A stretch of DNA of 64,000 bases from the NCBI GenBank assembly GCA_037127815.1, contig JBAXXP010000002.1:142943-206942 (forward strand), written 5' to 3'. The DNA is from a bacterium (lineage in GTDB: Bacteria; Patescibacteriota; Minisyncoccia; Phycocordibacterales; CAIZLB01). The notes beneath the pieces are model-generated. The model made no database searches, was not told where the DNA came from, and worked only from the letters and a program-made list of their open reading frames with translations. A program made the translations under genes and the position numbers. Within the stretch, counting starts at the first letter, position 1, and each line of letters starts with the position of its first letter. Positions 10,120 to 20,545 of the stretch are shown here, piece by piece.

Positions 10120-10229
10120 AATATTCTTATACTGAAGTAAGCCAAAAGTTTTAGTAACGCAAATAAAAAACACCTAGGAGGGTGTTTTTTATTTTTCTAT
10201 TCATAATCCCGTCGGATTATTTAAAGAAA

Positions 10230-10385
10230 TTATTTCTTGATCTCTGAAAACTCTACGTGCTTACGTAGCTTTGGACTGTACTTCATAAGTTTTAGCTTAC
10301 GCTCTACAGTTTTCTTGTTTTTACTTGTGTGATAGATCTCACCTGTCTTTTTGTGAGCTACTTTAACTAATCTTGTTTGTGACAT
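10230..10385 (-). CDS. rpmG: 50S ribosomal protein L33, no zinc-binding cysteines
   Basis: MSQTRLVKVAHKKTGEIYHTSKNKKTVERKLKLMKYSPKLRKHVEFSEIKK. Confidence 0.92.
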   Translation of the reverse strand: MSQTRLVKVAHKKTGEIYHTSKNKKTVERKLKLMKYSPKLRKHVEFSEIKK

Positions 10386-10449
10386 GTTTGTATATATATT
10401 TGGGCCCCGAATTAATAATGTTTTGGTGCCAATCACCGTTTGAGCCTTG

Positions 10450-10532
10450 TGCGCAGAGTAGGATTTGAACCTACGTAGCCCGAAGGCGTCTGATTTACAG
10501 TCAGATGCATTTGACCGCTCTGCCATCTGCGC
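10450..10532 (-). tRNA. tRNA-Tyr(GTA)
   Basis: Acceptor GCGCAGA/TCTGCGC, anticodon arm TCTGA-CT-GTA-AA-TCAGA, long variable arm. Confidence 0.95.
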
Positions 10533-10605
10533 GTAGGAATATCATAGCAGATATTCCTGTTTTTTCCAAATATCTTATTATTAGCTAAAAGACAGGTATA
10601 TTCCC

Positions 10606-10944
10606 TTATAATACCTTTGAAACAACAACCACTTCTATAGCCACCACCCCAAACAAGCTTTCATCCTTTACGGTGTAGAATCCATAATAGACAGATTCAG
10701 CCTCATCAATAGACTTAGCCCCAGGTATTACATTATTCAAGCCCTCTTTGGCAATCATCTCTCTAAAGGTCTTATATATCTTCTTACCGACAATACTTAA
10801 AGTTAGACAATCGTTCACAAACAATTCATCTCCTACATTCATCTCTGAAAACTTATCCTTGTTCAATCTTCCTTCGACTTTCTTGGACTCATTTGCGAGG
10901 TGTGTAAAATAAGGTTCATTTACATGAATTATATGTCTAGTCAT
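10606..10944 (-). CDS. ASCH/PUA-like domain protein
   Basis: PYF..LA..SKKVEGRLN...VGD motif; start MTRHIIHV just after the clpB stop. Confidence 0.8.
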   Translation of the reverse strand: MTRHIIHVNEPYFTHLANESKKVEGRLNKDKFSEMNVGDELFVNDCLTLSIVGKKIYKTFREMIAKEGLNNVIPGAKSIDEAESVYYGFYTVKDESLFGVVAIEVVVVSKVL

Positions 10945-10945
10945 A

Positions 10946-13696
10946 CTATTTAGCCAAAACCTTCTTCTTTGCCACCTTAGCCTTGATTGGAGCAACTAAA
11001 CTCTCCTTAGACAAAGATCCATCTGTTACCTCCTTAACATCAATAACCTTGCCTTTTTTCACCTTCTTAACATCAAATGTAAACTCAGATGTTTTGGCGT
11101 CAATTCCAACGTTAATTGTTCCACCCTTAATTACACCTTGATCGATAATCAAACCAGCAACGGCAGTCAGAATCTTAGATTGAATTAATCTCTTTAATGG
11201 ACGAGCTCCATATTGTGGATTATATCCTTCCTTTGCAAGATACTCATAAACACCTTCAGAAACAACAAGTGTGATTTCCTTTTCAAGAAGTCTTTTAATA
11301 ACTTTCTCTACTTCAATTTTAACAATATCTTTAATTGCCTCAGGAGATAATATATCGAAAATAACAATTTCATCGATTCTATTCAAGAACTCTGGTCTGA
11401 AACTATTCTTAAGTGCTCCCATTACTCTTGTCTTTGCATCTTCATAATCTGACTTATCAGTTTTCTCGATTGCAAATCCAATTTTTTGCATATTATCAAT
11501 ATATTGAGCACCAATATTTGATGTCATTATAATAATAGTATTTTTAAAGTTAACAGTTTTACCTTTTGAATCAGTTAATCGTCCATTATCAAGAACCTGA
11601 AGTAGAATATTGAATATCTCAGGGTGAGCCTTCTCAATTTCATCGAACAAAATTACAGAATATGGACGATGTCTTACAATGTCAGTAAGTGTTGCGCTTT
11701 CATCATGTCCAACATATCCGGGAGGTGCACCAATGATTTTTGAAACTGAATGCTTTTCCATGTACTCGGACATATCAACTCTAATAAGAGCCTTGTCATC
11801 ATCGAACATAAACTTTGCAAGAGCTTTTGTTAATTCTGTTTTTCCAACGCCAGTTGGTCCAAGGAAAATGAATGAACCGATTGGTTTTTGTGGATCATTA
11901 ATACCAGCACGTGATCGCTTAATAGTGTCTGCTACAATCTTAACAGCAGCATCTTGTCCAACAACTTGTTTTGTAAGCTCCTCACCAATTCTAGATATTT
12001 TTCTTGCCTCTTCTTCTAACATTCTCGAAACTGGAATTCCAGTCCATCTTGAAACAACTGCGGCAATATCATTTTCTGTAATTTCTTCCTTGAGAATTCT
12101 TCTGAAAACTTGTAACTTTTTTAAGCGCTTTGCTTTTGCTTCCAAATCTTTTTCAAGTGCCGGAATTTTTACATATCTCATCTCAGCTGCTTTTGATAAA
12201 TCAGCTGTTGCCTCTGCCCTTTCTGCGTCCTGTCTTAATGACTCCAATTGCTTCTTAATAGATTTAATATCAGCAAGAGTTTCTTTTTCATTAATCCATT
12301 TAGCTTCAGTCTCCCTAGTTGATTCTTTTTGATTTGCAATATCAGCCTCAATATCCTTTATCCTAGCCTTAACAGACTTGTTGGTTACTAACTCTTTAAT
12401 TAAAGCCTGTCTCTCAATTTCCAATCTCATTATTTTTCTATGAGCAACTTCAAGTTCTGGCGGCTTATTTTCTAGCGCGATTTTAAGTGCAGATGCCGCC
12501 TCATCAATTAAGTCAATTGCCTTATCTGGCAAAAATCTATCTGAAATATATCTTGAAGAGAATTTAACAGCGGAAACAATTGAATCATCTGTTATACGAA
12601 CACCGTGATACAACTCGTACTTTTCTTTTAGACCTCTAAGAATTGAAATTGCATCCTCTTCTGATGGTTCATTAATAAAAACAGGTTGAAAACGTCTTTG
12701 AAGAGCAGGATCTTTCTCAATATGCTTTTGATATTCCTTAAGTGTTGTTGCTCCAATTGCATGCAGCTCTCCACGAGAAAGTGCAGGCTTCAACATATTA
12801 GATGCATCAAGTGCGCCATCTGCAGATCCAGCTCCAACAATAGTGTGGATTTCATCGATAAAAAGAATTATCTTTCCATCTGATTTTTCTATTTCTTTTA
12901 AAATATTTTTTAAACGCTCCTCAAATTCTCCTCTGTATTTTGTTCCAGCAACAAGCATACCCATATCAAGCGATACAAGGTCTTTATCTTTTAGAGATTC
13001 TGGTACATCGCCTAGTGCGATTCTGTTTGCCAACCCTTCTGCGATTGCAGTCTTTCCAACTCCAGCCTCTCCAATTAACATTGGATTATTTTTTGTTCTT
13101 CTTGAAAGAATTTGAATAACTCTTGCAATCTCCGCATCTCTTCCGATAACTGGATCTAATTTATTCTCTCTAGCAAGGTTTGTTAAGTTACGAGTGAACT
13201 TAAGAATTGCCTTCATTTTCTTTGGAGCAGCATCAGCAGATGCTCCTTTTCCAGCTTTGAATGCAGTTAACGCATCAAGCACCATAGATTTTTCTAATTT
13301 GAATTTAAACAAAAGTTCACGCGCAGATGATGCAACATCAAAAAGCGCAAGCAATAAGTGCTCAACAGATACAAACTCATCCTTAAGCGTTGCGGAAACT
13401 CTGCCTGACGCTTCAATAACTTGAGCAAGCTCTGGAGTTAAATATAGTTGATATGATGTAGACATTGTATTCCCTGCCTCACCTGTATCAATTTCTTCAA
13501 TAAGGTTGTCAGCAAGCAAAATTGTATCAACTTCTAGTCTATCTAAAATAGCCAAAACAATACCGTCTTCCTGGACAACAAGGGCTGTTAGCAAGTGAAG
13601 CGGATTCACATGATTTTGACCACGTTCTATGGCTAATTCATGGGCTTTTTTGATGACATCTTTGGCTTTGGTTGTAAAATGATGTAATGGTGGCAT
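10946..13696 (-). CDS. clpB: ATP-dependent chaperone ClpB
   Basis: Clp N domain, two AAA+ modules (GEAGVGKT, GPTGVGKT), long middle coiled coil, no IGF ClpP-docking loop seen in canonical context. Confidence 0.92.
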   Translation of the reverse strand: MPPLHHFTTKAKDVIKKAHELAIERGQNHVNPLHLLTALVVQEDGIVLAILDRLEVDTILLADNLIEEIDTGEAGNTMSTSYQLYLTPELAQVIEASGRVSATLKDEFVSVEHLLLALFDVASSARELLFKFKLEKSMVLDALTAFKAGKGASADAAPKKMKAILKFTRNLTNLARENKLDPVIGRDAEIARVIQILSRRTKNNPMLIGEAGVGKTAIAEGLANRIALGDVPESLKDKDLVSLDMGMLVAGTKYRGEFEERLKNILKEIEKSDGKIILFIDEIHTIVGAGSADGALDASNMLKPALSRGELHAIGATTLKEYQKHIEKDPALQRRFQPVFINEPSEEDAISILRGLKEKYELYHGVRITDDSIVSAVKFSSRYISDRFLPDKAIDLIDEAASALKIALENKPPELEVAHRKIMRLEIERQALIKELVTNKSVKARIKDIEADIANQKESTRETEAKWINEKETLADIKSIKKQLESLRQDAERAEATADLSKAAEMRYVKIPALEKDLEAKAKRLKKLQVFRRILKEEITENDIAAVVSRWTGIPVSRMLEEEARKISRIGEELTKQVVGQDAAVKIVADTIKRSRAGINDPQKPIGSFIFLGPTGVGKTELTKALAKFMFDDDKALIRVDMSEYMEKHSVSKIIGAPPGYVGHDESATLTDIVRHRPYSVILFDEIEKAHPEIFNILLQVLDNGRLTDSKGKTVNFKNTIIIMTSNIGAQYIDNMQKIGFAIEKTDKSDYEDAKTRVMGALKNSFRPEFLNRIDEIVIFDILSPEAIKDIVKIEVEKVIKRLLEKEITLVVSEGVYEYLAKEGYNPQYGARPLKRLIQSKILTAVAGLIIDQGVIKGGTINVGIDAKTSEFTFDVKKVKKGKVIDVKEVTDGSLSKESLVAPIKAKVAKKKVLAK

Positions 13697-13764
13697 ATAT
13701 AGCTATTATAGCACATATTCGACAAGTTGAAAAACCATCTCACACCAAATTACAGTGAGTTGGA

Positions 13765-15873
13765 CTATTTCAAATTACTAATAATTCCCCTCGTCAGTGG
13801 CCCAAAATACCCCGTAGAAGGAATCTTGTTTGCCTTCTGGAACTTGATAAGAGCAGCCTTGGTAGCAGGGCCGAATCTATTTGATTCATGACCGGGTGAG
13901 CCAACACCTGATGATGCAATTGGGAATCCATTGTTGTTCAAGTATATCTGTAGATTCCTAACATCTTCATTAACCATGTTAAGTGATAGGTCTTTTGTGA
14001 ATTCAAATGTTGTAGTTGTAGTATTAACAACATTTGATGTGGTAGCAACTATGTTTGATACAACAGAGGATGAAGCATTTAATATTGATATATCTTTCGA
14101 TATCTTGCTGTTATAGAGATCAAGTGCAGATTTTGTAATTTGTCCAAAGTATCCTGTGACCTTGCTTGAATCCATAAGCTTTGCTTTGACAAGTAGTAGT
14201 TGTAGGTTTGTTACATTCTTGTTTCTGTCACCGATTTTGTATAAGGAGGTTGGGATTGGTTGTATAGCTGAGATGGTTGAGACGGGAGTTGTAGCAACAA
14301 CTATTGGAGCTATATATGAATATCCTCCCCCACCACCACCTCCGCCACCACCACTATATACAACAGGTGCAACAACTACCGGGGTAGGGATTGTTCTAAA
14401 TGTTGAATCTGTTGTTGTTGCAATTACTCCATTTATATTTAACGTTGTAATTTTGAAATGATATAGCGTGTCAGGAACAAGATTTGTAAGCGAATATGAA
14501 TGAGTTGTAGTTGTAGCGATTAAAGATGTACTTGAGCCATAGCTATCTGTCAATCCATAATCCAGTGTTGAAGTCGCATTAAAGTTAGTATTAAACGAGA
14601 CATTTGCCGTAAGATCAGTAGTTGTTGTCACAAGGTTTGAGATATTTGAAATTGAGGACAGGACATTTATTGGAATAGTCAAATAAACCGATTCATTTGG
14701 CCTATACCCATTTGAAATAACCCAATCAGGTGAAACCTGAACATTTAAGTAACCACTTGATATATATCTATTGTCATTGATAGATATAGTACCTGTTGCT
14801 GATACAGCTAAACCTAAATTACCATTTACTATTATAAACTTCGGTTTAATTGGAAGAAATTGATTAAAGCTTGTTTGATCCAAAACAGTTTGACCTACCA
14901 CATCCCCATTCTTTACATTATCTAATATACTAATAGCATTTTGATTTGTTGCTAATGAGCTAATATTTGGTACTACTTTAAATTTATCGAAATTGTAAGT
15001 AGAAACTTCATAAGTACCACCAAGTGTGGCCATCGTTTGATTTATATCAGAAATATATGCTGACGTAAAATCACTAGTTGTGTTTCCAAAGAAAGTTGTT
15101 AGCAACACTGGTTTCCCGTCAATAATAACAAATAAAGGATCTCCAGAGTCTCCTCCTACCAAATCTGTCTTAGAAAAACTATTTCTAAGGGGATCGGCTG
15201 AGGCCACTCCATTGTAATTTACGCTTTTGTTACCGATGGTTATACTATCCGCATTAAAAATCAAAGCTTTTTCATTCTGATCAGTTGCAAACAGAGGAAG
15301 ATCCTTAAATATCGGTAAGTATTGAGCAAATACAGTTGGATCAGCAATTAATGGGTAGTATGTAATACTTGCTGGAACATCAGAATCTAAAATACCAATT
15401 CTAATATCTGTAGTACCAACTCTTAAACTATTAACCATAGTTCTGGTTATGACATTATTATTATTATCAACAAATTTAATAGTTGAACCATTTGCGATAG
15501 TATAATGGTTTGCAAAAATTATATGTCTAGGAGATATCAATGTACCGGCTTTAGTCTGTGCACCATCTGAATTCCAAGGTGATATACCGGTTAAGTCAAT
15601 AGATGTAGTTCCCTTGGATGTCCAAATATTTGTATTTCTAACAAATGTACTACTTGCAAAATTTTGTGTTGTAAAAATACTTGATGCAGTTGTTGAACTT
15701 AATCCGATCAATCTATTATCAACCTCACTAGATATGTGCTTATACATATCTGTACTAGAAGCAACTCCATTAGCGTAAAATACCGTGGATGTTGCTTTGG
15801 TATTTAATGGAAAAATAATTGCTACCAAAAGAATAAGAACAAGTATAGGGTATCTGATTTTATATGACATCAT
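13765..15873 (-). CDS. secreted trypsin-like serine protease with Ig/FN3-like domains and C-terminal peptidoglycan-binding domains
   Basis: Signal peptide; AGTLISPRHIIFANHY (His), TDIRIG (Asp), GGDSGDPL (Ser); LTNLVPDTLYHFKI; GYFGQIT and GYFGPLTR PG-binding motifs. Confidence 0.8.
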   Translation of the reverse strand: MMSYKIRYPILVLILLVAIIFPLNTKATSTVFYANGVASSTDMYKHISSEVDNRLIGLSSTTASSIFTTQNFASSTFVRNTNIWTSKGTTSIDLTGISPWNSDGAQTKAGTLISPRHIIFANHYTIANGSTIKFVDNNNNVITRTMVNSLRVGTTDIRIGILDSDVPASITYYPLIADPTVFAQYLPIFKDLPLFATDQNEKALIFNADSITIGNKSVNYNGVASADPLRNSFSKTDLVGGDSGDPLFVIIDGKPVLLTTFFGNTTSDFTSAYISDINQTMATLGGTYEVSTYNFDKFKVVPNISSLATNQNAISILDNVKNGDVVGQTVLDQTSFNQFLPIKPKFIIVNGNLGLAVSATGTISINDNRYISSGYLNVQVSPDWVISNGYRPNESVYLTIPINVLSSISNISNLVTTTTDLTANVSFNTNFNATSTLDYGLTDSYGSSTSLIATTTTHSYSLTNLVPDTLYHFKITTLNINGVIATTTDSTFRTIPTPVVVAPVVYSGGGGGGGGGGYSYIAPIVVATTPVSTISAIQPIPTSLYKIGDRNKNVTNLQLLLVKAKLMDSSKVTGYFGQITKSALDLYNSKISKDISILNASSSVVSNIVATTSNVVNTTTTTFEFTKDLSLNMVNEDVRNLQIYLNNNGFPIASSGVGSPGHESNRFGPATKAALIKFQKANKIPSTGYFGPLTRGIISNLK

Positions 15874-15892
15874 AAAATTATATTGATAAACT

Positions 15893-18592
15893 CTATTTCA
15901 AATTACTAATAATCCCCCTTGTCAGTGGTCCAAAATACCCCGTAGCAGGAATCTTGTTTGCCTTCTGGAACTTTATAAGCGCAGCCTTGGTAGCAGGTCC
16001 AAAGTATGTAGTCTCCTTTCCCTTGGATCCAACACCAGTCTTTGCAATAGTGAATCCCTTTGCATTAAGATATGCCTGTAATTTTTTAACATCAGAACCT
16101 GTTGAATATACAGATAGGTTTTTGGTGAAAGATACAGGACCTGTTGATGAAATGGATGGTGTTGTTGCAGTAGAAGGTATATTAACAGTGATAGGTGTTA
16201 ATTGTAGAGATTGTGGCGCATACCCACCGCTAGCACCACCTGAATACACAGAAGCAAGAGCAGATGGAACATTTGTTGTAAAAGTTAAATCAGTTGAGGT
16301 TGAAATATTCGCTGATTCATCTCTTGCTGTAATACGGAAGTGGTATACTGTTCCACTTTGTAATCCAATTAATGACAATGCACTAGTTACGCCAAGTGAA
16401 GACACAACTGTTTGTCCATATGAGCTTGATGTTCCGTAATCAACTGTATTTGTTACATTTTTGTCGGTTGTTATGTTAACAACAGCATTATCTGTACCAG
16501 TTAATACACTTGTATTTAATATTGATGGTTTTGTGTTGTCGGCAGAGATAATGGAGATGGAGGCGGAAGAATAATTGGATACATACACCTGACCATTTAC
16601 AATACTTGAGTAAATTGGCTTTGTCCCAACGGATAAGGTCTGTGTTACTGAGTCAGTCACGGTATCAATTATTGATACATTATTTGATGCTTGATTATTT
16701 ATATATAGCTTTGTACCAAGAAGAGCTGCGGAGTTAGGGGTTGAACCAACAGCAATAGTTTTTATCACAGCATCTGTCGTTGAGTCAATAACAGAAACTG
16801 TACTTGATGCGGAATTTAGTACATATAGTTTTGTACCGACAGAGATAGAGTATAGTGGACTTTTGTTAACATTTATAGTTGATGAAACAGTATTTGTACT
16901 TGTATTTATAACGGATACAGTACTTGATGAATAGTTTACAACGTAAAGGTTTGTACCGTTAAAAGTAGAGTGTCTGGGGTTACTATTGACAGCGATTGTT
17001 GCCACCACCGTGTTTGTTGTCGTGTCTACAACAGAGACATTATTTGAGACTGAGTTTGTTATATATAATTTTGTACCGACAAGATTGAGAAAACCGGGGG
17101 ACGTTCCTACTGCTACAGTTGTTGATGAAGCTGTGTCTGTTATTGTGTTGATTATCCTAATATTATTACCACTTCCAAGATAAATATTTGAACCTATTAA
17201 GACAGGCGAAACACATGTTGATGAAAATGAAATAGTTTTAATATTAGTATCAGTCAATGTGTCTACAACAGATACATCAGAAGACCCTGCATTAAAAGTA
17301 TATATTTTAGTACCTACATTAATAATCTCTTGGGGACCATAACCTACTACAACGTAGTTTAATACTGCTTTTGTTACAGCATCAACTACAGAGACATTAC
17401 TTGATCCTTGGTTTGCTATATACAGTTTTGTGCCGACAAGAACTGTTTTGTAAGGTGTTGACAAATAATTGATATTCTGTGGAGTGGTTAACAAAACCGT
17501 ATCCGTTAGCGTATTTATAACTGATATATTTTTTCCAGAGTTGTGCACATACAGCTTTGTCCCAACAAGTACTGAGTACTTTGGTGTCGACGCAACAGCA
17601 ATAGTAGACAAAACACTATTTGTATTTGCATCTATTACTGACACAGTACTAGAACCAAAGTTGTTAACATATAATTTTGTACCAACAGCTGTTGAATTTA
17701 CTGGACCAGCATTAACAATAATAATACCTGTAACTGTGTTTGTTGTAGTATCAACAACAGAAACATTGTTTGTCGTATTATTACTTACATACAGTTTTGT
17801 ACCAATCACAGTTATTGATCTTGGAGAAGTTCCTACAGTTATAGTCGTTGATGAAGCTGTATCTGTTATTGTATCTATTATTTTAATATTATTTGTTGTT
17901 TTATTTACCACATAGAGATTGGTTCCAACAACAACTGACATTTGAGGTGCCGTGCCAACTGTTATTGTTTTTGTAACAGTATCCGTTGTTGTATCAATAA
18001 CAGAAATATTACTTGAGCCTGAGTTTGTCACATAAAGCTTTGTACCCACAAGTGTTGCGGATATCGGGGTGGTGCCAACGTTAATAGCAGAACTTACGGT
18101 ATTCGTTATAGTATTTATAACAGACACATCATTTGAGTTTTTATTTACAGAATAGAGCTTTGTACCAACAAGGATCGAAAAGAAAGCGCCATCACCAACT
18201 ATTATTGTCGCTGTAGGTGTAGTAGAGCCAGTTACGGTATCCATCACATAAACATTATCAGTACCAAGTCCTCCATATGTGGAAACATACAATTTAGTTC
18301 CAACTAGCGTCATATACATCGGAGTATCATCCCCATAATTAAAGGATAATCTTGTGGAAGAAATTAGGTCAGTAGTTGTGTCCATTATTGAGACTGCGAC
18401 AGATGGACTACCTGAGTTTGCAATGTACAGATTAGAACCAACCAGAACTGAGTAACCGGGGGCTGACACTAGACCATTGTTATAAATACTAGGAATATTT
18501 ATGGTTTGACTCACACTATCTGCTTTTACAACATTACAAAAGCTGATAGACAAAAACAAAGCGAGTAATAATATTGTTGCATTTTTTTTCAT
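15893..18592 (-). CDS. secreted YVTN-repeat beta-propeller protein with FN3 and C-terminal peptidoglycan-binding domain
   Basis: Many roughly 40-aa repeats GTKLYV.N..S..VSVIDT.T.TV..TI.VG..P; C-terminal YFGPATKAALIKFQ...GYFGPLTR. Confidence 0.88.
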   Translation of the reverse strand: MKKNATILLLALFLSISFCNVVKADSVSQTINIPSIYNNGLVSAPGYSVLVGSNLYIANSGSPSVAVSIMDTTTDLISSTRLSFNYGDDTPMYMTLVGTKLYVSTYGGLGTDNVYVMDTVTGSTTPTATIIVGDGAFFSILVGTKLYSVNKNSNDVSVINTITNTVSSAINVGTTPISATLVGTKLYVTNSGSSNISVIDTTTDTVTKTITVGTAPQMSVVVGTNLYVVNKTTNNIKIIDTITDTASSTTITVGTSPRSITVIGTKLYVSNNTTNNVSVVDTTTNTVTGIIIVNAGPVNSTAVGTKLYVNNFGSSTVSVIDANTNSVLSTIAVASTPKYSVLVGTKLYVHNSGKNISVINTLTDTVLLTTPQNINYLSTPYKTVLVGTKLYIANQGSSNVSVVDAVTKAVLNYVVVGYGPQEIINVGTKIYTFNAGSSDVSVVDTLTDTNIKTISFSSTCVSPVLIGSNIYLGSGNNIRIINTITDTASSTTVAVGTSPGFLNLVGTKLYITNSVSNNVSVVDTTTNTVVATIAVNSNPRHSTFNGTNLYVVNYSSSTVSVINTSTNTVSSTINVNKSPLYSISVGTKLYVLNSASSTVSVIDSTTDAVIKTIAVGSTPNSAALLGTKLYINNQASNNVSIIDTVTDSVTQTLSVGTKPIYSSIVNGQVYVSNYSSASISIISADNTKPSILNTSVLTGTDNAVVNITTDKNVTNTVDYGTSSSYGQTVVSSLGVTSALSLIGLQSGTVYHFRITARDESANISTSTDLTFTTNVPSALASVYSGGASGGYAPQSLQLTPITVNIPSTATTPSISSTGPVSFTKNLSVYSTGSDVKKLQAYLNAKGFTIAKTGVGSKGKETTYFGPATKAALIKFQKANKIPATGYFGPLTRGIISNLK

Positions 18593-18680
18593 ATATAAAA
18601 ATTATATCATAATTTATATATTATTTACAAAATATAAACAGAATTGCATCTCTTTTTTAAGATTTATTTAGAGCATCAGT

Positions 18681-19937
18681 TTAAACTCTAGTGACCGCCT
18701 CCACCACCATCTTCCCCGCCTTAATTACATCGGACTTTGTTGTGTATTTTCCTAGACTTATTCTTAGAGATGATTTAGAACAACCGTCCCCTGATACTTC
18801 TTGAACAACATATGAATATGAATCTTCAGAAAGTGTTCTACAACTTGTTACAGAAGAAACGCACAAGCCCATTGCATCCAATGTTACGACAAGAAACTCT
18901 GCGTCAATTTCTTTGATACAAATATTTAAATTATTAGGTAATCTTTGTCCTTCTTCTATTGTGCCATTTATTGTAAAAAACTCCCCCATTTTAGAATCGC
19001 CAATTTTTGATGACTTCAAATATTCCAAAAGCATATTACGAAGAACCTCAACCCTCGTAAATTCTTTTGTCTTTTCTTTTTCTGCTGTTTCAAGAGCTAA
19101 TGCAAAGCCTGCAATTCCCGGCACATTTTCTGTTCCGGCTCGTCTTCCATTTTCTTGACTACCACCATCTGTAATTGACTTAAAAGGAACAATTCTTTTT
19201 ACAAACAAAGCCCCTACTCCACGTGGTCCATAAATTTTTCCACCGTCCATTGTCATTAAATCAACATGAAGAGATGGAACTCTCATTGATAAATATTGAA
19301 CTGCTTGCGATGCATCACTGTGCAAAAACGGCATATCAAATTCTGTTCTACCAAGGCCTCGCTTATATTCTCTCAACTTTTTTCCAATCTGGGCTAGTGG
19401 CATAATTGTTCCAATTTCATTATTAGCATACATAACACTCACCAGTATAGTCTTTGGTTTTAATGCTTCAGAAATTTCTGATGCTTCAATAATTCCTTCT
19501 TCGTTTGGCGAGATTAGGGTTAATTCAATTTCTCCTTTTTTTTCTAAATTATTCAAAAGTTCTCTAATTGAAGGATGCTCAATTGTTGAACTAATTATAT
19601 GTGGAATTATAATATCCCCATTAATATCATTATTAATTTCACTATCCAGTCCATCAGCTTTTGTCTGTTCCGCTATATATCCTTTAATTACACCTTTAAT
19701 AGCTAAAGCATTTGATTCCGTTCCACCTGATGTAAAAATAATTTCATCAGCATGTACCTCAAGTGCTTTTGCAACTCGATTTCTACATGATTCTAAAAAA
19801 TTTAAAACCTCAACCCCCTCTTTATATAATGAAGATGGATTTGCAACATATTTTTGTGACACACGTAAAATTTCCTTCGATATTTTCTTATCGATAGGTG
19901 TAACTGACGCATAATCTAGATAAATTCTTTTGGACAT
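18681..19937 (-). CDS. cysteine desulfurase, IscS/NifS family
   Basis: IYLDYA..TP, FTSGGTESN, NNEIGT, GKIYGPRG, RRAGTENV, catalytic TSC. Confidence 0.92.
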   Translation of the reverse strand: MSKRIYLDYASVTPIDKKISKEILRVSQKYVANPSSLYKEGVEVLNFLESCRNRVAKALEVHADEIIFTSGGTESNALAIKGVIKGYIAEQTKADGLDSEINNDINGDIIIPHIISSTIEHPSIRELLNNLEKKGEIELTLISPNEEGIIEASEISEALKPKTILVSVMYANNEIGTIMPLAQIGKKLREYKRGLGRTEFDMPFLHSDASQAVQYLSMRVPSLHVDLMTMDGGKIYGPRGVGALFVKRIVPFKSITDGGSQENGRRAGTENVPGIAGFALALETAEKEKTKEFTRVEVLRNMLLEYLKSSKIGDSKMGEFFTINGTIEEGQRLPNNLNICIKEIDAEFLVVTLDAMGLCVSSVTSCRTLSEDSYSYVVQEVSGDGCSKSSLRISLGKYTTKSDVIKAGKMVVEAVTRV

Positions 19938-20001
19938 ATTTTTAACAAAAGGTTAATAACTACACTATACAAAAAAAGACTGATTCTGTATACTTTGTGT
20001 T

Positions 20002-20490
20002 ATGTTTTATTTAAGCGCTGATATATTGTCAATCGGACTAATTGCACTTTCTGTAGTCGTCCTGATTCTTCTAATAATGGTTATCGGAATACAAATGAGG
20101 TTAAAAAACCTTCTTAAAAGCGGAGCAAAATCAATTGAAGAAAGTATCACTTCAATGATTAAGCATATTGATGACCTAGAGGTCTTCAAAAAGGAATCTC
20201 AGGAGTACCTAACACTAGTTGAAAAACGCCTAAGAAATGGAATACAAGGAGTGGATACACTAAGATTCAATCCATTTAAAGGAACTGGATCTGGTGGAAA
20301 TCAAAGCTTTTCAACGGCTTTCATAAATGAACAAGGAGATGGAGTAGTTTTTTCAAGTCTATATTCAAGTGACAGAATGAGCGTTTTTGCAAAGCCAATT
20401 GAAAAATTCAAGTCAACATTCGAACTAACCGAAGAAGAAGCAAAATCAATTGCAATGGCGCATGACAGATTAGTGTCTCCAAAGGTTTAA
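20002..20490 (+). CDS. DUF4446-like membrane-anchored protein
   Basis: TM helix, RFNPF...GGNQSFS.A.....DGVV.SSL...FAKP..EL..EE. Confidence 0.75.
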   Translation: MFYLSADILSIGLIALSVVVLILLIMVIGIQMRLKNLLKSGAKSIEESITSMIKHIDDLEVFKKESQEYLTLVEKRLRNGIQGVDTLRFNPFKGTGSGGNQSFSTAFINEQGDGVVFSSLYSSDRMSVFAKPIEKFKSTFELTEEEAKSIAMAHDRLVSPKV

Positions 20491-20545
20491 TCTTATCTGG
20501 AAGTAGTTTGCCAAATCCCTAAAAATATTATATATTAGGGTTTAA

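Noticed and set aside
10386-10526. N-terminal extension of ORF 10230..10526
   Set aside because: It is a read-through of tRNA-Tyr; L33 starts at 10385.
13765-16003. Duplicated C-terminal segments as a DGR template/variable repeat pair
   Set aside because: Differences are mostly synonymous and not adenine-specific, both copies are coding, and no reverse transcriptase is in the window.
11679-17915. Long antisense ORFs over clpB and the YVTN gene
   Set aside because: They are shadow frames of well-supported genes with no motifs of their own.
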